A stretch of 64,000 bases of DNA from Prorocentrum cordatum (lineage: Eukaryota). Position numbers and translations under genes: made by a program. This document shows positions 23,620-35,568 of the stretch, in pieces; positions within the stretch are counted from its first letter, which is position 1; every line of letters begins with the position of its first letter. The DNA is taken from NCBI GenBank assembly GCA_963575745.1, contig CAUYUJ010000001.1, forward strand, positions 992,001-1,056,000, given 5' to 3'. Below the pieces are notes generated by a model. It ran no database searches and was not told where the DNA came from. It saw only the letters and a list, made by a program, of their open reading frames with translations.

Positions 23620-23990
23620 CATGAGACCTCGTCCTTCCTGGCGGCTGCGAACTGCGCAACTGTCGTGGATTTCGTGGGCTCCAAGGAGGCCCAGCGGGGT
23701 GGTGTTTCACGTGGATTAGAAGGAGACCTCGCTTTTCCAGGAGGCCGCGAAGTGTGCACCAATTGCCGCCTTGGTTGGCTCCTGGGAGGTCCAGCGGGGT
23801 GGTGTCTCACGCAGATCAGAATGACACTTCAGCCTCCCTGGTCTGCGGGGACTGCGAACTACGCAACTGTCACCACGATCATGTGTGACGTCGTCCTCCC
23901 TGGGAGCTGCGAGCTGCGCAGGGGTCTCCACTTTCGTGGAATCCTGGGAGGTCCAGCGGAGTGGTGTCTTTCGCTGGACCAGACTCGCCA
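23620..23990 (+). repeat. Interspersed repeat, inverted copy at 31550-31790
   Basis: ggctgcgaactgcgcaactgt...tttcgtggg versus cccacgaaagtggccacagttgcgcagttcgcagcc. Confidence 0.8.
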
Positions 23991-24649
23991 CCGGCTGCGT
24001 TACAAATAGCGGTGTCGAACACTGACATGTAGCGAGGTGCAGACCTGTGTAGAGTGGTGGTTTGTTCAAGTGCGAGCCATCACTCCGCCAACCTCCGCAA
24101 GGAGGACAGGTACATGTATGTGTTTATGCTTCCCGCATCCCTAGAAGCACACCGACAATAAAGGCCTAGCAGTACTGAGTTTGGAGACCTCCAGGCTCTA
24201 GGGAGCCTGTTGGAGGCCTCTTGAAGTCATCTTGGAGGCCCGTTTATGAGACTTTGAAGCTTTACTTGGGCTTCGACTCCAGCTCGATGTACACCCCCCC
24301 GAGCCGGTCTCCCCCCCTTATCGTGCCCCCTCGAGAGCGTCGTTCGTCGCTGGTCTTCGTCGGTCGAGAAATCGAGGGGTCGAGGATAGACGGATCGATG
24401 ATCGAGGGGTTGAGGATCGAAGGATCGAGGGGTGGCGTCTTCGGGGCGCTCTTGTTCTGGGGCGCCCCAACGTCGCCCCCCCCCTCCCCCCCCCCATGCC
24501 GCTCCAGCTCCCGTGCCGCCGGGCAGGCCTCCACATTCCTGGGGGCCTCTACCACGCCGCAGGGCCTCGGCTCCATCGGCGCGCTCGGAGCGACGGCCTC
24601 CGAGAGGGGGGGGGGGGGGCGAGGAGGGACGCGCGGTGGGAGGAGGGGG

Positions 24650-26723
24650 AGCTGGGGGGCAGGCAAAGGGGGCGGGAGGAATGGGAGGAGGCGGGAGAGG
24701 AGGAGGGGGGGAGGGGAGGGTTGGAGGAGGAGGGGCAGGAGGAGCAGGAGCAGGCAGGGTGGAGGAGTTAGAGGAGGGGGGGTGTAGGAGTATGGAGGAG
24801 AAGGACGAGGAGGAGGAGGACGAGGAGGAGGCTGAGAGGAGGAAGAGGAGGAGGAGGAGGAGGAGGAGGAGGAGGAGGAGGAGGAGGAGGAGGAGGGTCG
24901 GACAGTGGCGGACCCCTTTCCCCCGGGCCATTGCGGCCCTGATGGCGCCTGAGGCGCGGTTGGTCCCGCGTACAGGACAGCGTCGTCTCCCTGCTCCAAA
25001 AAGTTGAGGGCACTGGCCCTGCGCAGATGTCCTTTCGATCCGTTTCGGCTTCAATGCGCAAGGCCTTGAAGAGGCCACTCGTTGGCCCCTGACTCGGCGA
25101 AGCGACACTCGTCGGACGGACGGGCGGTGTGGGTGGCGAAAGTGGCGGGTCCTGGTGAGGTCCGTGGCGCAAATTCGTCACGATGGTATTTCATCGTGTC
25201 TGTGTGCGTGTGTCTTCTGTGTGAATGCCCCTGGCGCGCATGGATTTGGGAATGGAATGAGGAAGAGGAGGAGGAGGAGGAGAGCAGGAGGAGGAGGGGG
25301 AGGAGGGGGAGAAGAAGGAGAAGGACGCACACTGCAACGAGGGCGAGGTGTCTCCCGTGCCCCCCATCCAGAGAGCGGGGTTCCCTCGTCATCCCCCATC
25401 GTTCTCCCTCTCTCCTCCCTCCCTCCTCCCCCCTTCGCCGCCTCCCTCCTCCTTGTCCTCCTTCTCGTCTGCCCCCCCGCACCCCCTCCTCTTTCCCCTC
25501 CTCCCCTCATCCTGCTCCTCCTCCTCCTCCTCCTCCTCCTCCTCCTCCTCCTCCTTCTCCTCCTCCTCCTGCCTCCTTTTCCTCCTCTTCCCCCCTTCTC
25601 ATCCTCCGTTTCAGGTCCATGCCACGAGCTGCTCTGCGGAATCTGCGGATCGATGGCGCCCATATCGTGGGTTCGAGGGAGCCCCAGATCGTGGGGTCGA
25701 GGATCGTGGTTTTGCCCTCCTCCTCCTCGCCCTCCTCCTCCTCCTCCTCCTCCTCCTCCTCCTCCTCCTCCTCCTCCTCCTCCTCCTCCTCCTCCTCCTC
25801 CTCCTCCTCCTCCCTCCTCCTCCTCCTCCTCCTCTCCTCCTCTCCTCCTCATCATCCTCCGCCTCCTCCTTCTTCTCCTCCTCCGCCTCCCGCTTCCGCC
25901 TCCGCCTCCGCCTCCTCTTCCTCCTCCTCCTCCTCCTCCTCCTCCTCCTCCTCCCTCCTCCTCCTGCTCCTCCTCCTCCTCCTCCTCCTCCTCCTCCTCC
26001 TCCTCCTCCTCCTCCTCCTCCTCCTCCTCCTCCTCCTCCTCCTCTGCTCCTCCTCCTCCTCCTCCTCCTCCTCCTCCTCCTCCTCCTCCTCCTCCTCCTC
26101 CTCCTCCTCCTCCTCTCCTCCTCCTCCTCCTCCTCCTCCTCCTCCTCCTCCTCCTCCTCCTCCTCCTCCCCCTCCTCCTCCTCCTCCTCCTCCTCCTCCT
26201 CTTCCTCCTCTTTCCTCAAGGAAGTGGGGGAGAGAGGGAGGAGGAGGGCAAACCCAGGACGCCGTGCTTATGTTCCACAACTTGAGCCCCCAAGAGGTGT
26301 GGGCCCATTCCCCTTGTTTGGCGTTTCATGCTGGGCCGTTTCTGGACGATCCAAGGGCCCCTAAAGGCGTGAGGTGGGGCGGGGACGAAGAGGACGGTGG
26401 CCCAGATGGTCGCCCGCCCAGCCCGCCCGCAGGAGACAGCTACAGCCAAGGCGACGGCTTTGCGAGCGACCTGGGCGGGGCGCTGGACACCCTCTGCCCG
26501 CGCGCCTTCCGTGCCGGGGCCTCTGGGGTGCACTGCCGCGGCCGCTGCGTTTCTCGTTTCCCTGTTTCCTCGTTTCCTCCTCTTCCTTCTCCTCCTCCTC
26601 CTCCTCCTCCTCCTCCTCCTCCTCCTCCTCCTCCTCCTCCTCCTCCTCATCGTCCTCCTCCTCCTCAGAATCATCCTCATCCTCATCCTCATCATCATCC
26701 CCTCTTCCTCCTCCTGTTCCTCC
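24650..26723. repeat. Alternating (GAG)n and (CCT)n tracts
   Basis: Directly visible. Confidence 0.9.
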
Positions 26724-26760
26724 TCCGTAGCCATCTTGGCTTAAGCCATTTGGGCTCAAG
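26724..26760 (+). other. Tandem spliced-leader relics (full 22-mer plus 15-mer)
   Basis: TCCGTAGCCATCTTGGCTTAAG (20/22) immediately followed by CCATTTGGGCTCAAG (14/15 to SL nt 8-22). Confidence 0.95.
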
Positions 26761-26795
26761 AGCTTGCTCGCCCCTGGCCTGAGCTGGCAGTGGTC

Positions 26796-27458
26796 ATGGC
26801 CGACTCAACGGCGGCGGCAGTCCTCAGCGCGGTTGTGCGAGCTGTCGGCTCTCGCCAGATGGTGGCGGCTGCGGCGGTGGCCCTCAGGCGGGCGGCACGT
26901 GCCGAGGCTCGCAGCATGCAGGTGGAGGAGAAGGTGGTGGACGAGGAGGTCCAGGCGCGTGTGGAGTCGATCAGCCCCGTCCTTCGCGCGAAGGTCGAGG
27001 CAACGGTAATCGACTCGCAGATAGTCATCGACGGCGGGGTGAAGGCGCAGCGGAACTTCGCGGAGCACGCCCTCTTCGGAGAGGGCGCTGAGGCGTTGAC
27101 CAAGAATTGGATGGAGGCTAAGCGGCGGCAGCGGGGACTGCTGCGCGGAGCTCACTTTGGCACCCAGGGCGCCGCCTCGGACAAAGATGGGGGCGTGGGC
27201 ATGGAGGGCGAGCGAGCCCATGGATGCCCTCATCATCAACGACGAGGAGGTCGCCACCATGACGTCCAGCAGGAGAAGAAGAAGTGGAAGCCCGTGGTCG
27301 AGGCGTGCGAGCGTTGCCTGGACCTGGCGGATGAGGTCATCGGCCTCCAGGTCCAGCTGGCGACGGCGGAGATGGCCCATAGCATGGCCGTGGAAGCTGT
27401 CTTCGGCTTCGGCCCCGAGGCCCAGGAACTGATGCCGTGCATGGATCGAAGGCCATAA
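26796..27458 (+). CDS. Intronless retrocopy ORF (220 aa), probably retroelement-associated
   Basis: ATG 35 nt after the SL relics; MADSTAAAVLSAVVRAVGSRQMVAAAAVALRR...KAQRNFAEHALF. The C-terminal half may be frameshifted. Confidence 0.6.
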   Translation: MADSTAAAVLSAVVRAVGSRQMVAAAAVALRRAARAEARSMQVEEKVVDEEVQARVESISPVLRAKVEATVIDSQIVIDGGVKAQRNFAEHALFGEGAEALTKNWMEAKRRQRGLLRGAHFGTQGAASDKDGGVGMEGERAHGCPHHQRRGGRHHDVQQEKKKWKPVVEACERCLDLADEVIGLQVQLATAEMAHSMAVEAVFGFGPEAQELMPCMDRRP

Positions 27459-27789
27459 GGGTGAACGAGCATGCGAAATCCTCGACCATCGTCGCGCCAC
27501 CCTTCGCCCGGGGCGGACGTGCGGCGATGCCCCCGGCTCGGGCACCCCACGCTCTGTTCGAGTACTGCGGTGGCGTCCAAAAGCATTTGCTTGTCTTTTG
27601 GGTCCTGGGGCCGCGCGGCGCCCTCGTTGGTCCGTCGGATTGTTGGTTTGGGGGGGTCTCTCCAGAGAACGGGTCGCTGGACTCCCAGGGTCGTCGGTGT
27701 TGGTGTCAACTTCCGTGGGTGATGCGGATGTTCAGTGACCTGCGCCGCGTGGACGGCGTCATATTGAGTCCTTCTAGTTAAATCACAAT

Positions 27790-27948
27790 TTTCCTCCTCA
27801 TCCCCCTCCTCCTCCTTCTCCTCCTCATCATCATCATCAGCATCAGCATCAGCATCATCATCAGCATCATCAGCAGCATCATCATCAGCATCAGCATCAG
27901 CATCAGCATCATCAGCATCATCATCATCATCATCATCATCATCAGCAG

Positions 27949-28019
<71 letters not shown>

Positions 28020-28145
28020 GCCTCATCCTCCCCCTGCCCCTCATTCACCTCCTCCTCCCCCCCCCCCTTCCAGTGCCCCATCCTCCTCCTCCTCCACCTC
28101 CTCCTCCTCCTCCCCCTCCTCCTCACCCTCCTTCCCCGCCCCATC
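27790..28145. repeat. (CAT/CAG)n plus (CCT)n tract
   Basis: Directly visible. Confidence 0.95.
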
Positions 28146-28149
28146 CCCG

Positions 28150-29780
28150 CAAGGTCAAGACTACGACAGCCAAGAAGGCAACGGTCCAGCAGCTTGCGAC
28201 AGCCGAGGGTGTGGCGACGACAGCGTCGGAGACCAGAGAGAAGACAGGTGACGGCCCACTGCTCAATCTCCTGTTGGACCAGCAGCTGTTCGACGACCTC
28301 GACGATCTGCGAGGTTGCAGAGATGCAGGCCGTGCAGTAGCTCAAGGAGGACCTGCAGGCGGCGCGCGACCTGCTGGGTCACCGTGAGGCGCAGATCAAG
28401 GAGTGGCTGAAGAAGGCCGCAAATGTGAAGCAGGCCGTCAAGGTCAGGGCGGCCAAGAAGCGTCGAGCTGATGACGATGGCTCTGCGCACGCAGCTGAAG
28501 GTCCAGCATCTGGCGCTGCGGCCGATGGCCCAAGGCGCGACGGTTAGGCCAATGGCGAGAGCGCAGGTCGTGCAGAGGGTGTTGCCGTCAAGCCCGAAGC
28601 CGAGTCCAAGGCGGAGGAGGAGGCGAAGGCAGCCCATGATGCAGCTGTCAAGGAGGGGGCAGCCAAGCTTCCTCATGTCAAAATCACTGCGGATACGCTG
28701 GCAGCTAAAGTTCGCGCTTCCAGGGGGGGCAAGGGTAAAGGCGCTACCAGCAGTAAAGACAGCAAGTGGAGAGGAGCCTAAGTAGGCGTCCGAGGGCGAC
28801 TGCGAGCATCTTTCGGCACCAACTTCTACATGGAGATTGCCCAATGCCCTGTCACCTACGTCGGCGCCTGCACCGTCCGAATTATGGAGATCACCATCGG
28901 CAGGTGCGGAGTCGCCAGAAGCACCCGAGCGTCGTCAAGGGGTCTGTTCGAAGTTCGGGAACGAGCTCAGCAGCTTCGGCAACACCGATCTCGACGGCTT
29001 TCGTTTCCTCTACCTCGGTTTCCTTGTCTTCGTGCACGGCCACCTCCTCGGATATGCCTTCTGGAGAATGGGATCCAGAGATCTTTACGCAGATCTTTGG
29101 TAATGTCACATGCATGGAAACCGCACATGGACATGCATGCAGGAGCAAGTTTCTCAGGCATGCTGCCTCCGTCGAGACCCGCACAGGCCCAGCCGATCTC
29201 CGCAAGTGGGATCGCAAGGCCCGCCAGGGGGGGCTCAAGCTTTTCAGCAATGCTGCCAGACCGTTCAAGCGACGCTAGCTGGTGGTCGCGCGAACGAAGG
29301 AGGGGAGTGGATCATCACTCGCGGGCACATGGAAGCGCACGCGCTAGCTTTGGCAAGCACTACTGCGCTCCAGTCGAGGCATGTTTCGACATCGGACGGG
29401 TGCTGCGTAACCATCGTTCGCATGAAGGGTTACGTGCTCGCCCTGATCGCCGTATGTTGCACGCCACTGCAGCATTGGGTTTTCTGACAGCAACATATGC
29501 AGGTATCGGAAGCTTGGTGGTCTATTGGCATCATTTAAATTCTTCGGGTGGTGGTTACGGATGTCAGTGTCGGCGCAGCTGCTGTGGCCAAGTCGGAGTT
29601 CGCCCGCAGAGCGAGTGCGCGCGCAAAGTATGTGTTCAAAGGGATGGCGGGGCCAGTCGATACCGGCCTGGTTGGAACGGCACGGGTTAAGACCGACAGC
29701 GAACGATGGAAAAGAAACATGTGTCAATTGCACGTCCCCAGGGAGCGGATAACCTTGCCCTCGGTGGAGTGGTAGATCTT
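28150..29780 (+). mobile_element. Decayed LINE: ORF1 C-terminus and APE-like endonuclease N-terminus
   Basis: Coiled-coil LKEDLQAARDLLGHREAQIKEWLKKA...RGGKGKG...* at 28781. Then frameshifted IFGNVT, SVETR, NAARP, ANEGGEWII, VRMKGYVLALIAV and GFSDSNICRYRKLGGLL, in the order expected for an APE endonuclease. Confidence 0.65.
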
Positions 29781-29809
29781 GGTTCCTTCTTCGACAAGAG
29801 ACTGTCTGT

Positions 29810-30070
29810 CGGGGCGGCGACGGCGGCAACATAGCCTACAGACCGCCACACCAGCCCAGACAACGGGCGACGACGGGGCGGCGAAGGGGTGGCGACGGCG
29901 GCAACATAGCCGCCAGACCGCCACATCAGCCCAGGCGACGGGCGGCGACGGGGTGGCGACGGCGGCAACATACCCGCCAGAGCGGGACACCAGCCCAGAC
30001 GACGGGCGGCGACGAGGCGGCGACGGGGTGGCGACGGCGGCAACACAGCCGCCAGAGCGGGATACCAGCC
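29810..30070 (+). repeat. Tandem repeat, 4 units of about 60-70 bp
   Basis: ggggtggcgacggcggcaacatagccgccaga...accagcccaga repeated. Confidence 0.85.
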
Positions 30071-30159
30071 AAATTCATTAGAACAGAATTAAGGGGCCCT
30101 AAGAGCAAGCACTGTTTGGGGAGTACTACAGTTTCTGTCTGATCTCCCCCCTTCTCTCC

Positions 30160-30204
<45 letters not shown>

Positions 30205-30229
30205 GTTCTCTCTTGCTGTCTCTCCCGCA

Positions 30230-30261
<32 letters not shown>

Positions 30262-32044
30262 ATATACAGCCGGGCATATGATTAAGAAACATCCTCCCGA
30301 AAAGTTGGGCCGGCTTTTATCGACCAACTTGCCGGAAAGTTGGCCCAGCTTCTTGAACACATTCGTCTTTCCAGCGTGTATCCAAAAATTATGGCGCAGC
30401 TTTGTTTGAAGACATTTCGAAAAGTTGACCCAGATGTCTTGAATGGTGAAGTTACTGGTCATATGTTTGTTTATGTACATTCGTGTATACACATAGATAC
30501 AGATATTGCCATAGATGTGTATACACATGTTGTCTTTCCTGTAAATACCTGTATATACATATATATATATATGTATAAATATATGAAATGTTGTACACCT
30601 GTCTTCTGTGCCCTGAGTATATCGAACCCAATTGCTCATGTATGTGATATGCAAAACCATGGAACAGTTGCACTATATGATTCGACTATGCTACCCACTA
30701 GATGCATAGCCACTTGTTCGATGGTGCTCTCTACTATATGATATGTGTTCTTCAGTTCATACCATTATGACCGCCGTGGTCGCAAGGACCTGAGTTTTTG
30801 GCCGCATCCAAGAATTCGAAGTCTGGGGGACCTGACAACGCTGGGAACTCCGGACCCGGAACAGAGAACCAAGGAATTTGGCCGCCCACCGAAATCGGCC
30901 CGGACCCCGGGAACCGGGAACCCAGGAGCCCGGCCGCCTACCGAAATCGGCGCCGCACCTTCGCCCATTCTTTCAAGATCCGTTAGGACCCCGTCAGTGC
31001 GAGCATTGATATGGAAGTGATTCTGAGGCGAAATATTGAGCCTGGGATGGGGGTCGGCGCCTTCTTGGGGCCGCGCATTGAAAAATGATCCAGGACGTAC
31101 CCAACCCGTTCTCCATGCTCTGCGACTGGTGATACGAGCGCTCCATACAAAAGAACCCATAGCGAGACATGCAGACATGCAGCATTCTGAGATGCTTCAC
31201 CAAACAACTTCGGGCCACGCGCGTCGCACACTTGCGCAGTTCAGATCCCAAAAGGGACGGCGACGACGAGCACGACATGGAACGTTGAACGGGAGACAGA
31301 GGTGGAGGATGAGGAGGAAAAAGGGGGGGAGGACGATGGGGATGGAGAAGAAACGGGAGCAAACACGAGTGAGACTAACAGCTACATCTACCTCGCTTAC
31401 CCCTGCTGTTGCTGCGGGTGGCAGGCAGGTGAGGACGGGGAGCCAAAAGCGGCCGCCAAGGACAGCGCCGCGCTCCACGTGGCGCTCCATCGCTCCGCGC
31501 TTTGTGCTGCAAGAGCGCCGCGCGCCAAATGACATTCCCCCCAGGGGGCCGCGAGGTCCTGCAGGGATCCGCGTGACTATGCAATTTCGCAGGTGCCCAC
31601 GAAAGTGGCCACAGTTGCGCAGTTCGCAGCCCCCGAGGGAGCCGCGATCCGCCCGCTAGACCTTCCTGGAGCCCACGAAAGTGGCCACAGTGACGCAGTT
31701 CGCAGCTCTTCAGGGAGCCGCGAGGTCCAACCATTCCGTTGGACCTGGCAGGAACCCACGAAAATGGAGACAGCTGCGCTTTCCGCAACCCCACAGCAGG
31801 AAACGTAGGAGGACGGAGGCGAGCAGGAGAGGAGGAGAGTTAGAGGGAGGGAGGGGAGGGGGAGGAGGAAAGTTGGAGCAAGCAGCGTTCTGTCCAAAAC
31901 GAACCCCCTCAGAGGGAAGGGCTGGGAAAAGAAGTAACTTGCTCGATGTCTCGGCCCAGTGCTGAACGAACAGGCGGCTCCGGGGGAGGGTGCAGCGCAC
32001 TAAGCCATGCAAGTAAACTGGTGGGGATAGATCTGTTGTGTATT

Positions 32045-32447
32045 ATGGAAAGAACTTCTGACTCATGGAGAGAACTAGTTACCCTGACCAGGGTTGGCCA
32101 GAGGGGCTACGATGCGGCTTGCCCAGGATCCATTGGCCGAACGGCTGGCTGGGGTCATCCTTGGATTGGCAACCATTCACCCGAAGATAGGACTGGTTCA
32201 ATCCCTGCCTCTTCTCCCGGGCGAGCTTCTCGCCCCAGAAGCGTTTCCGACGGTTTCAGCGCCCACGCTGCGGAAGGACACGCTAGCCATTTTTCCCCCA
32301 TCCCCGGGCACCAGCGTCCAGAGCCATGCTTGGCCTCCCGCAACCGAGGAGCAGAGCGACACGCCATCCGCTCCCAAGACATATCATCTCGAGAGGGCCG
32401 CCGCCGCGACACGCTAAACAACAGTTCCTGGCCGCAGCTCTCGTCAG
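32045..32447 (+). CDS. Candidate first exon of long plus-strand gene
   Basis: Non-repetitive open frame MERTSDSWRELVTLTR...RPRSVSDG...NNSSWPQLSS ending at CAG|GA (phase 1). Confidence 0.45.
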
Positions 32448-33429
32448 GAGCAACATCAGGGGGGCGGGGGATGGGCTCAGGGGGGAACTCGTCGACACCC
32501 AGTCGCCCATTCATCGCCGATGGGAGCCCGATTGCCCACCAAGCCCAGGAACGTGCCAAGTATGTTGCATCGGTCGCCTATCTGTCAGCGATGTAGCGCG
32601 GATTCCAGGCCGATGCTTCTTCCTGTGAACCGGTCCTCCCCCCCCCCACCCTGTCTCCCTCGAGGGCGTCGTCCGTCGTCGGCCGTTGTCGGCCATCATC
32701 GGTCGAGGAATCGAGGCATTGAGGAATCGAGGACCCCAGCGTCGCGCCTCCTGCTCCTCCTCCTGCAGGGGGAGGAGGAGGAGGAGGAGGAGGAGGAGGA
32801 GGAGGAGGAGGAGGAGGAGGAGGAGGAGGAGCAGGAGGAGGAGGAGGAGGAGGAGCAGGAGGAGGAGAAGGAGCAGGAGGAGGAGGAGAAGGAGGCTCCC
32901 GCGCGCGGGCGAGCCCAGCAGGACGCAGCCCTCGTCATGGGCGGCGCGGCGGCGCGGTGCCCGCCGTGAAGGAGGAGGCTCACGGGGGGGGGGATCGCAA
33001 AGGGGGGCTTATCCCAAGGTGGGTTTCTCCCCCGAGGGTGGCCGCGAGGCTAAAAGAAAGGGAGGATCGAGGAGGAAGAAAAGGAGGAGAAGGAGGAGGA
33101 GGAGAAGGAGGACCAGTGCAAACCCAAGATCCATCAACGATATTGCAACAACCCCTCACTCCACGCTCCCTCTTCATAGGCTCCTCCACGGATTCACCCG
33201 TTGGAAGACAACCGTTTGAAATCAGGAATTGCGCCAGAACACCATTTCTGGGACTTGAACGCCGCGACTCACTACTGCTGCTGCGTCTTGACGATTCTGA
33301 ATCGTGACCGAACACCGCTCCTGGGATTACAACACCGCGAATCAAAATGACTGGTGCGTCCTGACAGTCCGACGTCGTGCCAGAACATGATTTCTGGGAC
33401 GTCAGCCATGGGAACCCGTGAACCTCTGG

Positions 33430-33680
33430 CAAACTCTTCAGACGAATGTGCGCGGCGCCAAGGCGAGAGCGACATATTGAGCAGGAGCCACGGTCCATTT
33501 GGGAAACTCTTGTACACGTTTAAGACGAATGTGCGCGGCGCAAATTCGAGATCCACATCTTGAAAACGGACCGGCCTCCATCCGTGAAATTGTTGCGAGT
33601 ATTTAAAACGAATGTGCGCGGCGCTAAGGCGAGAGCCACATTTTGAAAGCGGGCCGCCCTCCATCCGTGATATTGTTGTA
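33430..33680 (+). repeat. Three units of about 83 bp (acgaatgtgcgcggcgc)
   Basis: Directly visible. Confidence 0.8.
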
Positions 33681-34554
33681 AATTCCAAGCTTCAGGGTCA
33701 TAAGAATTGCGAGTCAGCCTCAGGCGAAACGCCTGGCCCACCCTTTCGACCAGCCTCGGGGCGCGACAGGGAGGAGTCATTTATAAGGAAAGGGAACGGC
33801 GGGGGAGGAGGAGGAGGAGGAGGAGGAGGAGGAGGAGGAGGAGGAGCGGAGGGAAATGAGGATAGGGATGAGGACCCCCCTTTCAATCCCGAAAAGGAGC
33901 GGAGGGAAAGGAGGAAGAGAAGCGGTGGGGTTCGAAGATGTCCGACGAGATGGTGTTTTCAATCCGGGCATTTCTCCTCGATCTCGGCCTCATGGAGCCG
34001 GTTTTCGGGCCCTGGGGCCTTCAAACGCGGGTCTGGGGGCGGGAAACTTCGGGCGGGCTGGGACGAGGATGAATCTGTTGCAGAGCGTTCCGGAACGCTC
34101 TCATGGCGTTCCAGAACGCTCTGAGTAGGCCGTTGCGCCCGACACATCCTCCAGATCCGCTGGATCTCAGAGATTCCCGATTAATCTTTGTCAGATTTCA
34201 TCCTCGTCGGGGCTTCGTCTCAAAACCGGCCCCGAGGAGAGGGTCGGGACCCCGTGGGCCGCGCATTGAAAAAGACATCCTCGGATGTCTCGGTGCCCTT
34301 CTGTTTCGGGCAATTTTCTTCTAACCCCACCTCTGGGAGGTTGCTGAGGGTACCCCTAACCCACGGCGCCCCCAGCTTTTCGCTCAATTCTGCAGCCCCT
34401 GGGGCCCTCTGGGCCTCGTGAGGGGTACTCTGGAGGCTTTGGGGGCCTCTTTTGAAAGCCTGGGGGCACCTTGGGCCAACTGGGTGGGGAGGTACACCAC
34501 CAAGAGGGCCCTCCCTGGCGCCTCGCGCTGGCGGTGGTGGTATCACTTTTCCTT

Positions 34555-34860
34555 GTTCCTCGTTCGGGAACGAGCCCGTCTGGATGCTCACACTTCCTTC
34601 TTCCACGGGCCGCTTGGTGAGACGTTCCTCTTGAATCCCGCCTCTGCCCCCGCACCACGCGGCTGGGTCGGGGGCCGAGCCCGTATTGATGCTCACGCTG
34701 TTTCCTTCCAAGGGCCGCTCGGAGCAACTTCCCTCGAACCCAGCCTCTGCCCCGATACCCCCTTTTACTTCATAAGGTGACGTTGGGGAACGAGTTGGGC
34801 TGGATGCTCACACCTCCCTCTTCCACGGGCCGCTCAGGGTGAGTCTCTTCCAACCCCACC
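34555..34860 (+). repeat. Three diverged units (gatgctcac...ttcca.gggccgct)
   Basis: Directly visible. Confidence 0.75.
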
Positions 34861-35568
34861 TCTTGCACTTACCTGGAGGCCCCCCAAATTGAACCAGAGT
34901 GGATGGGTCGGAGGATCGCGCCGCATCGCCTATGCATCGGCGATGCTTCGGCGATGCATCGGCGTCGTCGGCGTGGAGAATATCGGGCTCTGCATCGAGC
35001 CGCGTCGCCGATGCATCCAGACTCGAGGCCCCATATTTACATATGTTCCCCGAGAGGTCTGGACCTCTTCCCGGGCCCAGAGGTCTGACCCCTTCCCGAG
35101 GGGGACCAGTTGTTCATCTTGTCCAGTCGTGTTGTGATGGTCCTTGTGCACGGTGATGGCCCCCGAGGGCTAAAGATTGCTATAATGTCCCGTCGTGACG
35201 TTTGTTGACGCGAAAGCAGGAGGGGAGGAGGGTGAGATTCTAGTTCTGGGGACCCTCCTGGAACCACTCTCTCCCCTCATGTATCGATGCTGCGTCGAAC
35301 GTCCGTCGACTTGAGCCCAGTTTGCGATGATCTTGAGTCGAACTCGAGTCGCACTTGTTCCTTAATAGTGTTTCGCTAGAGGGCTCGAACGGTGGCAAAC
35401 AAGGACCACGTAACAGCCCCACAAGGGGGACGGGAAGCCCTAGAACGATTGGTCCAGCAGCCGTTTCGTATGAAATTCCCGGGCAGTTTCTTTAAGAATC
35501 GTGGTCTCGCTTCAAAGCCGGCTACAGTTTCGGTCCGGACGGCCACCACCCCTGCAAAAAACACTGAG

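Noticed and set aside
22152..26782. Long poly-Pro/Ser/Leu/Glu ORFs
   Set aside because: Stop-free frames produced by (CCT)n tracts; no coding complexity.
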